A stretch of 64,000 nt of DNA from Myxococcota bacterium (GTDB lineage Bacteria; Myxococcota_A; UBA796; CAJQPC01), in contig DASCPX010000112.1 of the NCBI GenBank assembly GCA_036012755.1, positions 26,436 to 90,435 on the forward strand. Direction: 5' to 3'. The translations under genes and the position numbers were made by a program. Below are positions 28,030 through 36,628 of the stretch, piece by piece. The notes beneath the pieces are model-generated. The model did not search any database, was not told the origin of the DNA, and saw nothing but the letters and a program-made list of their open reading frames with translations. Every line of letters starts with the position of its first letter. The stretch's first letter is position 1.

Positions 28030-28764
28030 CTAGCTGATCATCCCTCCGCGCGGGTGGCGGCCGGGAGGCCCGGTGGAGCCGGGGGGGATGATGATGATCG
28101 GCATGCTGTTGAGCGCGCCCTCGGCTGCCGAGCCGATGAAGCCGCCGAGGGTCTGGACGGCGCTCCAGGCGGCCGCTGCGGCGCCGGCGGTGATCGCGGC
28201 TGCGGCGAGGGCGGCCCGCATGCCCATGAGCGTCGAGGGGTCCCCCTTGATGTTCACCTTCACCCCGGGCTGGAGCTTGAAGGTGTAGTAGCCCCACTGC
28301 AGATCGACGGACTTCGGCTCACTCTCGAACTCCACCTCCATCGGGCTCTTGACCGTCATCTTCAGGGGCAGGGTCATGCTCTTGGAGGCCACGCTCAGGC
28401 CGTCGCCGTCCACCATGAGCTCGGTCTTGGAGAACTCTCCGGCGACCGCGGCGAAGAGCGCACCCTTGCAGCCCCCGTCCTTCGTGCAGGAGACGTCGAT
28501 GCCGCCTGGTGCCTGGGACTCGGCCTCGCCCTTGAGCTCGAACTCCAGGGTGGCCATGATCCCCATCGAGATGATGGGTCCGACGGTGTGTGAGGCCAGC
28601 GGGATCTCGGCCTTTCGGATGACCGGCCCCTTCTTCTCCTCTTTGTCGCCTTCGGCAGCCTTGCCCCCTCCTGGGGCCTTGCACTGGGGCTGGGCTTTCC
28701 AGGGGGGCACGCCGTCGCGCATGGCGTCTTGTGCCGCGGCGTTGCCACGGGGCTGGTCGACCAT
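28030..28764 (-). CDS. Hypothetical protein
   Basis: GC3-biased ORF with GNAAAQ motif and hydrophobic C-terminal helix; true start may be 28843 via a frameshift. Confidence 0.6.
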   Translation of the reverse strand: MVDQPRGNAAAQDAMRDGVPPWKAQPQCKAPGGGKAAEGDKEEKKGPVIRKAEIPLASHTVGPIISMGIMATLEFELKGEAESQAPGGIDVSCTKDGGCKGALFAAVAGEFSKTELMVDGDGLSVASKSMTLPLKMTVKSPMEVEFESEPKSVDLQWGYYTFKLQPGVKVNIKGDPSTLMGMRAALAAAAITAGAAAAAWSAVQTLGGFIGSAAEGALNSMPIIIIPPGSTGPPGRHPRGGMIS

Positions 28765-28932
28765 CCGGCTCTGGGGGTTCCTGCATCGGGAACGTGTCGG
28801 GCGCGCACTGCTGAGGAGTCTGCTTTTTGCTCTTTCCGCTCATGGAGACTCTGTCGGGCAGTACCAACGTACCAGCCCAAACAGGGCGTCGGAGGGCAGA
28901 TCCCGCATTCCAGATCCGGCCCCGGCGAGCGC

Positions 28933-28938
28933 TACGAT
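28933..28938 (+). promoter_or_regulatory. -10 element of a leaderless promoter
   Basis: TACGAT 6 nt before GTG 28945; no Shine-Dalgarno. Confidence 0.55.
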
Positions 28939-28944
28939 GGGCAG

Positions 28945-30585
28945 GTGACGTTGTTGCTCGCCGCCTGCGCAGGGTCGGGTCAGCTCGGGCTCGCCGAGCC
29001 GGCGGACAGCGCCGTGGAGAGCGTCCCCGGGATTCACCCAGACGGCGACCCCACCGATGTGGTCTTCGACACCGAGCGCATCTCCTCCATCGAGCTCGAC
29101 ATGGCTCCGGAGGACTGGCTGAGCGTACGGGACGACCCCTGGTCCAAGGCATGGGTCCCGGCCGTGTTCAGGTGGAACGGCGAGGAGGTCGCCGACGTCG
29201 CGGTCCGGGCCTTCGGCTACGGCAGCATCAGGGTGGGCAAGCCCTCGCTGAAGGTGAGCTTCGATCGCATCGTCGAGAGGCAGCTCTGGCGGGAGCTCGA
29301 CGAGCTCAAGCTGGACAACTCCTCACAGGACCCCGGCTACCTCAACGAGTGCATCGCCACGGCGATAGTCCGCCGCGCGGGCCTCCCCGCTGCCCGCACC
29401 GGCTGGGCCGAGGTCAGCGTCAACGGCGACGCCGCCGGCTTCTTCGTGGTGCTGGAGTCCATCGACGACCGCTTCGTCGAGCGCTGGTTCGGCCACGACG
29501 ATGGCGCCCTGTACGGCACTCGCGACCACCAGTACGGTCACGGCCTGAACCCCACGGACGACCCCCTCGTCTACTACGAAGCCCAGACCAGCAAGGGGGG
29601 AGACGGCACGGATCTGGCCCACTTCATCGAGCTCGTCTCCGAGGGCAGCGACGACGACCTGGCAGCAGCCGTGGACCTCGAGGGCTTCTTCGGGGTGAGC
29701 GTCGCCCGGTCGATGATGGGCTCGATGGACGCCTTTTCGGCCGACGGAAACAACTTCTACCTCTACAACGACCACGACCGATTGCGGCTGGTGCCCTGGG
29801 ACTTCGACGTCGATCTCGGCGGCTACTACCTCTCGACCGCGCTCACCGTGGATCCGCGGGCCCCCTGGGCCACCTCGCCCTGGTCTGCGGACTCGGTGAC
29901 CGGCGCTCCCTACATGGACCCGGTGCTCCTGCGGAGCCTGGCCATGGGCTACGACCCGGACCCGCTCGTCGAGGAGCTGCTGGCGGGGCCCTTCGACTGG
30001 GCCTCCGTCGACGCCGAGGCCGCCGCCGCAGCGGTCCTGATCCGCGACGCCGTCGGACGCGACGTGCTCGGGGATCTCTCTACCTTCGACCAGCGCGCGG
30101 CTGACCTGCGTCTGTTCGTCCACAGTCGCCTGGCCGGACTGGCCGGTGGCGAGGTGGCCGACTGTCCGGAGACCGACCTGCTGCAGGCGGCCGACCTCGT
30201 GGACTCGGGCACGGTGGGGTGGGGGAGTCTCCTGGTGGACAGCACCAACTGGGGCCCGGGCTTCAACGTGAACGGGGTGCACACCTGCACCGGCGTGTTC
30301 GCCCACGCGCCGAGCACCGTGTCGCTGACCATTCCCGAGAGCGGCCAGATCAGCGGAGCCGTGGGCTTGCAGGACTGGAACCAGCGCTGCGGGGACGGCG
30401 CCACCTTCTCCATCGTCCAGGCCGACGAGGTCCTGTGGCAGAGCTCCACGCTCCAGACCTACGACCCCTCAGAGGCCTTCGACGTCGAGGTCAGCGCGGG
30501 GTCCCTGACGCTGCAGGCCGGTGCAGGCGGCGACTACTCCTGCGACACCACGGTCTGGTTGGATCTGGCCCTTCAGCCGGGGTAG
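28945..30585 (+). CDS. CotH-kinase-family lipoprotein with C-terminal NPCBM-like domain
   Basis: MTLLLAAC; KPSLKVSFD, LKLDN, NNFYLY, LVPWDFD; GVFAHAPS...GDGATFSI carbohydrate-binding module. Confidence 0.8.
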   Translation: MTLLLAACAGSGQLGLAEPADSAVESVPGIHPDGDPTDVVFDTERISSIELDMAPEDWLSVRDDPWSKAWVPAVFRWNGEEVADVAVRAFGYGSIRVGKPSLKVSFDRIVERQLWRELDELKLDNSSQDPGYLNECIATAIVRRAGLPAARTGWAEVSVNGDAAGFFVVLESIDDRFVERWFGHDDGALYGTRDHQYGHGLNPTDDPLVYYEAQTSKGGDGTDLAHFIELVSEGSDDDLAAAVDLEGFFGVSVARSMMGSMDAFSADGNNFYLYNDHDRLRLVPWDFDVDLGGYYLSTALTVDPRAPWATSPWSADSVTGAPYMDPVLLRSLAMGYDPDPLVEELLAGPFDWASVDAEAAAAAVLIRDAVGRDVLGDLSTFDQRAADLRLFVHSRLAGLAGGEVADCPETDLLQAADLVDSGTVGWGSLLVDSTNWGPGFNVNGVHTCTGVFAHAPSTVSLTIPESGQISGAVGLQDWNQRCGDGATFSIVQADEVLWQSSTLQTYDPSEAFDVEVSAGSLTLQAGAGGDYSCDTTVWLDLALQPG

Positions 30586-30630
30586 CGCCGGGTCACGAGC
30601 GGGCCCACCGGCTGGCCCTTTACTCGTCTC

Positions 30631-30993
30631 ATGACCACCTCGAACCTGCGTTCCTTGTCGCTGCTCCTTCTGGTGGGCCTGTCGTTGTCCTGTGGCGACA
30701 AGGATGATCCGGGCGACTCCTCGGCCGAAGCAGACGCCGACACCGACTCGGACACCGACTCCGACTCGGACACCGACACGGATCCGAGCAACTGTGGGGA
30801 TGGGGTCGACAACGACGGCGATGGCTGGATCGATGAACACTACCCGGACTGCGCGAGCTCGTCACATGAGACGGGCTACGGCTCCACCGAGTGCAATGAC
30901 GGTGCCGACAACGATGCGGACGGCTACGTCGACGCCGCCGACGCAGGCTGCGAGTCCGCAGACGATGACGACGAGGCCGAGTCGCGCGAGTGA
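30631..30993 (+). CDS. Small acidic lipoprotein with Cys-rich DGxDNDxDG repeats
   Basis: Canonical signal ending LSLSC; DTDSD tract; two CxDGxDNDxDG..D..C repeats. Confidence 0.75.
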   Translation: MTTSNLRSLSLLLLVGLSLSCGDKDDPGDSSAEADADTDSDTDSDSDTDTDPSNCGDGVDNDGDGWIDEHYPDCASSSHETGYGSTECNDGADNDADGYVDAADAGCESADDDDEAESRE

Positions 30994-31217
30994 GCCTCCT
31001 GTTTCCCCTGGCCGGGCGACACATGTTGATCGAAGTGCCCGCCGAGCGGCTGGTCGAGGGGCTCCATGCGGGCTTCGAGACCACCGCGACGCTCACGGAC
31101 TGCGCCGGTGCCCCGGACGAGGCGTTCTGGTCCGAGGAGCCCTGTCCCTAGCGAAAGGCGAGCCACCCGCTCCACCGCGGAGACACCTTCGTCTGTCGGG
31201 GGCTGTCTGCCTGGCGC

Positions 31218-31703
31218 TCAGTCCAGCTCGGCTTCGATCGTGCCGACGAAGGTCGAGGTGCCGTAGTTGCCCCAGTCCATCTCGGTCTCCCACGCCGCCT
31301 CGAAGTCGCCGTCGTCGGCCTCTCCCTCCAGGCTGCTTTCGTAGGGCTCGTCGCTGCCCCAGCTCATCTCGAAGACCACCTCCCCGCTGATGGTGCCGTC
31401 CTCGTCCACCTGGCCAACGACGTCGACCGGGATCTCCGATCCGCCCCACTCGCTCGAGCAGAGCATGCTGGCTTCGAAGGAGCCCTCGTCCTCGTCGACC
31501 GTGAAGGTGGCCTCGCCGGTGCAGTAGTCGTATTCGTAGTCCTCGCTCTCGATGATGACCGTGCCCTCGTAGTCACCGCTGAAGGGGTGGACGGTCTCCT
31601 CCTCCTCGCCCGAGTCGTCGTTCGATGGGCCCGTGCCGTCGCCTTGCTCGTCGAGCGTGACGGATCCGAAGCTGCAGGCCAAAAGGGACAGCATTGCGAT
31701 CAT
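31218..31703 (-). CDS. Hypothetical acidic lipoprotein
   Basis: AGGAGG upstream of the ATG; MIAMLSLLAC; beta-rich. Confidence 0.75.
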   Translation of the reverse strand: MIAMLSLLACSFGSVTLDEQGDGTGPSNDDSGEEEETVHPFSGDYEGTVIIESEDYEYDYCTGEATFTVDEDEGSFEASMLCSSEWGGSEIPVDVVGQVDEDGTISGEVVFEMSWGSDEPYESSLEGEADDGDFEAAWETEMDWGNYGTSTFVGTIEAELD

Positions 31704-31933
31704 CTCGATCCTCCTGGGCAGACTGTAGCCGACCTGGTGAGGCGGCACGTGCCCGATCCACGAGCACGCGCGATCTGAGACAATCGCTACGACGCAAAAC
31801 CGGCGATGACTGGTCGGCGGATCGCTTCAATAACATGACCCGCACGGCGGCCTGGAGGAGGGTGTTCGAGGTCGTCCCAGGCCGGAAGCGTGGCCTCTGG
31901 CGGCTCAAGACCGTCAGCCCCGGGCTGGACCCG

Positions 31934-32257
31934 TCAGTCTGAGTCCGGGAACGGTCCGCAGGAGTCGTTCACGCACATCAGCCATTCGGTCTGATTCAGC
32001 TCACCAGCATCGCGCAGAGGGGTTCCCTGGCAGTGGTAGAGAAGCACCGACCCAGGGGCCGGACGACAGCGCACTTGAAGCCCAGTGAGTTCCGGGTGCA
32101 CTTCGGATAGGAAGCGCTGCGCGGCGGCGATTGCTTCGGCCTCAGCATTCCCTGATTGACCTGCGATCGAGAGAACAACCACGAGAACCAATACGACAAC
32201 GGGCATGAGCACGACCAGGCAGCCGGCAACGATCGATCGATCCGATCCGGTCGGCAC
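31934..32257 (-). CDS. Hypothetical membrane-anchored protein
   Basis: One TM and four downstream Cys; atypical codon usage. Confidence 0.4.
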   Translation of the reverse strand: MPTGSDRSIVAGCLVVLMPVVVLVLVVVLSIAGQSGNAEAEAIAAAQRFLSEVHPELTGLQVRCRPAPGSVLLYHCQGTPLRDAGELNQTEWLMCVNDSCGPFPDSD

Positions 32258-32699
32258 GGGAACGAGTGGAGGGGGGCCGGGTGCTGAGGATCACTCAGCA
32301 GTACGCTCCATCGGCAGCCTCTCGGGCGGTCGGGGCCGCAGTGGGCAGGTTGGTGGACAAGATCGGGTCCTCCGGGGAAGGGGGTGGGACATCTCCAGCC
32401 GTGCCAGGCTGCGAAGGGCTCGAACGCTGTCTCGGTGGCCAATCCGCCAAGCGCCGCCCAGGTCAGGAGGCCGGCTGGCATCCCCTTGTACGGTTGCGGC
32501 GATCGGGGCGCTCACGGACTCTTGAAATGGCCGTGGACTGGCCCCGGGGGCGGCTTCGAAGCACCTTTGCGGTCGAGTTGGTACATCCGCCTGTACTCGC
32601 CGGTCCGCACCCGGCCTGGGGGCGCTTGAAGAAGTGTCACTCCTCCGGGAACAAAGCCCTTGGCGCTGAGCGATCCCCTTGCTACGGTCTGAACAGACG

Positions 32700-32747
32700 G
32701 AACCCGAGTCAGCCGCTGCCTGCGTTGCTGAGCTCGGGTTCTTTCGT
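32700..32747. terminator. Putative intrinsic terminator hairpin
   Basis: GAACCCGAG-TCAGC ... GCTGA-G-CTCGGGTTC inverted repeat followed by TTTCGTT; just downstream of the 32770-32985 gene. Confidence 0.55.
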
Positions 32748-32769
32748 TCCTTGGGGTCGGGATTGGACG

Positions 32770-32985
32770 CTACTTGTCGTCCGGCAGGGCACCCTTCGCG
32801 GCCTTCTTCGCGTCGCGAATCGTGGGCTGCATGCCGCGGTCCCCGTCCTTCGTCTCCCAGGTGTAGACGGTCTTGCCGCCGCTCTCGTCTTCGCGGACGC
32901 TGTAGTTCTTCTTGTTGACGACGACGTCGCCCGGGTCGGCCCCTGCGGTGGTCGTGAGGGCGAGCAGGATGGCGAACATGGACAC
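32770..32985 (-). CDS. Small secreted protein
   Basis: Short signal MSMFAILLALTTTAGA; GC3-biased; basic/acidic mature part. Confidence 0.6.
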   Translation of the reverse strand: MSMFAILLALTTTAGADPGDVVVNKKNYSVREDESGGKTVYTWETKDGDRGMQPTIRDAKKAAKGALPDDK

Positions 32986-33084
32986 CCCTTGGTTGTCCTC
33001 AAGCTATGCGCCAGGGAGCCCGGGAATGTCTCGGACGGGTCTCAGAGACGCTATTCTGTGCGCGCAGGGTGCGTGAGGAAGCCG

Positions 33085-33558
33085 ATGACCCTCCTCTTGA
33101 TCGCCTGTGGGGATCCCTCCACCGGGGATCCCTCCACCGGGGATCCCTCCACCGACGACTCCGCCAACAGCACCGTCTGTCCGCTGCCCGAAGGGGCCGT
33201 GGAGCTGGAGTGGGCCGAGTTCGATTCCCCCTGCGGGGGCTCTACCGATGTCGGCACGCTCAGCTCCGAAGAGGAGTTCGTCGGGGCCTACGGCTGCGCA
33301 TCGGACATCGACTGGGAGACCTGGCGGCTCGTGGGCTTCGCAGAGGTCATCGACATCCCGAACGCCCGGGTCACCAGCGTCTACTCCAGCGAGGGCGCGA
33401 CCACGGTGATGACCGAGGTCCACACCTGGTGCGGGGGCTACGACCCGGAGGGTGCGATGCTCGAGCAGACAGTGCTCGTCCCGGTCTCCGAGGAGCCCGT
33501 GGCGCTTCGTGTGTGCGAGTACGGCGGCTGCGACTGGGACAGCCAGCCGCCGCCCTGA
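33085..33558 (+). CDS. Hypothetical lipoprotein
   Basis: GAGGA upstream; MTLLLIAC; (GDPST)3 tether; Cys-containing domain. Confidence 0.75.
   Translation: MTLLLIACGDPSTGDPSTGDPSTDDSANSTVCPLPEGAVELEWAEFDSPCGGSTDVGTLSSEEEFVGAYGCASDIDWETWRLVGFAEVIDIPNARVTSVYSSEGATTVMTEVHTWCGGYDPEGAMLEQTVLVPVSEEPVALRVCEYGGCDWDSQPPP
33109..33153 (+). repeat. Perfect 15-bp tandem repeat x3 (coding)
   Basis: (GGGGATCCCTCCACC)3 encoding GDPST. Confidence 0.95.
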
Positions 33559-35451
33559 TCAACGCCCGGCGACCGGCCCGGTCTCGCCGGAGAGTGCTCC
33601 AGCGGTCTCGATGAGTCCGAGGAGCTCTGTGTCCTCGTCCCGGCCGCGGTCAGCGCTCTTGGCCAGTGCCCAGACGTCGCTGTAGGAGACCTCTGCGAGG
33701 TAGGGGCTGCCCCGGAGGAGCTCGGCGAAGCTGGCGGTGGCCAGGGCGAGGCGGAAGTCGTCCGAGGTGTCGTTGATGTCAGCGCGCAAGAGCTCGCCGT
33801 CCATGAGCGTGGCCCACTCGCTGGCGGCGGAGTCGGGTCCCGGCTTCTTGGCGCGGATGCGCACGGTGGCCAGCTCCTGGCTCATGGCGTCGTCCTTGAG
33901 CACGACGTCGTAGAGCGCGGTGACGGCGTGTCCGCTGCCGATCTCGCCAGCGTCGACGCGGTCGTTGCGGAAGTCGACGTCCGCGATGTCGCGGTTTTCG
34001 TAGCCGATGAGCCTGTAGGCGGTGACGGCGTCCGGGTTGAACTCGACCTGGATCTTCACGTCCTTGGCGATGGTCTGGATCGTCCCTGCGAGGTCCTTGC
34101 CGAAGACCTCGTGGGCCTCGTCGAGGGAGTCGATGTAGAAGTAGTTGCCGTCGCCGTTGTTCGACAGCTGCTCCATCATCGTGTCCTTGTAGTTGCCCAT
34201 GCCGAAGCCGATGGTGGAGAGCGTGATGCCCTCTTCGGCGTGGTTCTGGATGGTGGCGAGGATCTCGTCGTGGGTGGTCCGCCCGATGTTGGCGTCGCCG
34301 TCGGAGAGCACGATGACGCGGTTCTCTGCGCCGTGGAGGTATGACTGGCTCGCCATCTGGTAGGCGAGGTTCATGCCCGAGTCCATGTGGGTGCCGCCGC
34401 CCGAGGACAGCGAGTCGATCGCTGCATGGATGGTGGCCTTGCGTGTGCAGGAGGTGGGCTCGAGGATGACCTGTGAGGATCCGGCGTAGGTGACGAGAGA
34501 GACGGTGTCCTCTTCGCCGAGGTTGTTCACCAGGACCTTCAGGGACTCTTTCGCGTAGCCGAGCTTGTCGGTGCGGTTCATGGAGCCCGAGGTGTCGACG
34601 AGGAAGGTGAGGTGCATGGGGGCTCTGGAGTCCTGGTCGATCTCCGCACCCTGGACGCCGACACGCAGGACGTGGTGGTTGTCCTGCCAGGGGCTGGGGG
34701 CGGCCTCCATGTGAACGGCGAAGGGAGCGCCGTCGTTGGTGCCCGCGCGCGGCGCGTCGTAGTCGTAGTCCATCGCGTTGACGAACTCCTCGACGCGGAC
34801 GCTTGCTGTAGGCGGCATCCAGCCCTCTGTGAGCTTGCGACGGGAGATGGCGAAGCTGGCCGTGTCCACGTCGATGCTGAAGGTCGAGAAGCGGTCCTTG
34901 TCCGACAGCGTCATGTCGTTGACGCCGTAGTGGACGTAGTCCTCTGTGTTGTCTTCCTGCCGGCGGTAGCCGTCCCAGCCGAGGGTGTCGTCAGAGGCGT
35001 CTGCGATCTCCTTCGGGGGTGCCGGAGGGGGGCCGGCCGTCGTCGTGGACGGTCTCGACGCGGGCTCGCTCTTCTTTCGGCCGGCCTTCGTCGCGCCACC
35101 GATGGGCATGGCGACGCTGTCCGGCTCGGGGTCCATGGCGACGCCGCCGCTCTCTTCGCCCGCGGTGCGGCGATCGTGGAGGGCCACGCCTTCGGGCTGG
35201 ACCAGCTCGGCGCCGACCTCGAAGCTCTCGAAGTCGATCGTCTTGCGCTCGCTGTACTTGATGGCGCGGCTCTCGTCCTTGCCGGTGGAAGGCAGGTCCT
35301 CTGCGATCGGCTCGGCGTTGTCGGGTTCTTCGAGGGTCTCTTCGACTGCGTCGGTGAGGTCCTCGCCCTCCATGGACATCTGCTTTCCGCCGGTGCACGC
35401 GGCGAGGGCGGTCAGGGTGAGGACGCTGGAGAGGAGGAGAGCGCGGTTCAT
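33559..35451 (-). CDS. vWA-domain (YfbK/DUF3520-like) lipoprotein
   Basis: STFSIDVDTAS, VRVEEFVN, DTSGSM MIDAS motif, LSDGDAN, TIAKDVKIQVEFNP, YRLIGYENR, DAGEIGSGH. Confidence 0.92.
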   Translation of the reverse strand: MNRALLLSSVLTLTALAACTGGKQMSMEGEDLTDAVEETLEEPDNAEPIAEDLPSTGKDESRAIKYSERKTIDFESFEVGAELVQPEGVALHDRRTAGEESGGVAMDPEPDSVAMPIGGATKAGRKKSEPASRPSTTTAGPPPAPPKEIADASDDTLGWDGYRRQEDNTEDYVHYGVNDMTLSDKDRFSTFSIDVDTASFAISRRKLTEGWMPPTASVRVEEFVNAMDYDYDAPRAGTNDGAPFAVHMEAAPSPWQDNHHVLRVGVQGAEIDQDSRAPMHLTFLVDTSGSMNRTDKLGYAKESLKVLVNNLGEEDTVSLVTYAGSSQVILEPTSCTRKATIHAAIDSLSSGGGTHMDSGMNLAYQMASQSYLHGAENRVIVLSDGDANIGRTTHDEILATIQNHAEEGITLSTIGFGMGNYKDTMMEQLSNNGDGNYFYIDSLDEAHEVFGKDLAGTIQTIAKDVKIQVEFNPDAVTAYRLIGYENRDIADVDFRNDRVDAGEIGSGHAVTALYDVVLKDDAMSQELATVRIRAKKPGPDSAASEWATLMDGELLRADINDTSDDFRLALATASFAELLRGSPYLAEVSYSDVWALAKSADRGRDEDTELLGLIETAGALSGETGPVAGR

Positions 35452-35536
35452 CTTGAGCTCCGGAGGCGGGTTCGGGACCTCAACGATTGCCAGGATCCCG
35501 GGCTTACACTCCCGATCGAATTTTCTCGGGTCCCTT

Positions 35537-36628
35537 GTGTTCCTTCTTCTTTCCCTCGCCGTCGCCGAGCCCTTCACGGAGCTCGTGCCAGCCGAGGACG
35601 GGACGGCCCTGGCGACCGACGTCTACCTCCCCCGAAGGCGAGGGGCCCTGGCCCACCGTGCTGGTGCGTACGCCCTACGGAAAAGGGGGACTGGGGGATC
35701 TCGGCGACGTCTTCAACACCTACGGCGCCGTCTTGGTGACCCAGGATGTGCGCGGTCGCTTCGAGAGCGACGGCATCGACACCGTCTTCCAGGACGCCGG
35801 GCGAGACGGCGTCGCCACGATCGACTGGATCACCGAGCAGGACTGGTCCGACGGCGAGGTCGGCATGTACGGGGGTTCGGCGCTCGCGATCACCCAGTAC
35901 CTGGTCGCGCCAGAAGCCCCGGAGGGCCTGCGGGTCATCCTCGCGATGGCTGGCACCGGCGATCTCTACGAAGACGTCTACTTCCCGCAGGGCACCTTTC
36001 GCGAGGCCATGGCCACGGGCTGGCTCACCCAGCAGGGCTCGATCGGCTGGCTCGACGAGATCTTCGAGCACCCCTACCGCGACACCTGGTGGGAGCCGCT
36101 GGAGGCGGACCACTCCGCCGTGGTCGCCGACGGTGTGCACATCGGCGGCTGGTACGACATCTTCCGTGACGGCACGATCGAGGCCTGGCAGGAGCAGTCG
36201 CTGGGCCCAGGCGAACACTGGCTGATCGTGGGCCCGTGGACCCACGGTGGCTTCGGGTCCCAGCAGCAGGGGGAGCTCACCTACCCCGCCGACGCCGTCG
36301 ACTCGCCCACACCGATGACCCACGTGATGTTGCGGGCGCTCTTCGACGCGCTGGGGCTCGAGGGGCTCGACTCGCCGGATGCGATCCCGCGGGTCCAGTA
36401 CTTCGTCATGGGAGACCCAGAGGCCGAGACCGGCAACTTCTGGCGCGAGGCCGACAGCTGGCCGCCAGAGGCGACCGAGTCGTGCTGAGCCTGGAGCGCG
36501 CGCTCAACCCTGGGGTGATCGAGGCCCACGCCGACGACGAGGGCTACGCCTACATCGGCCCGGAAGACCTCATGGCGGACGTGCTCGCCGAGCTGATCCG
36601 CGAGGACGTCCAGCTCGAGATTCAGTAG
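35537..36628 (+). pseudogene. CocE/NonD-family hydrolase, frameshifted (pseudogene or assembly error)
   Basis: MFLLLSLAVA...DGTALATDVYLP joins EGEGPWPTVLVRTPY only across an extra C at 35629-35633; QDVRGRFESDG, GMYGGSA, GGWYD, GPWTH; second shift near 36480. Confidence 0.75.
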
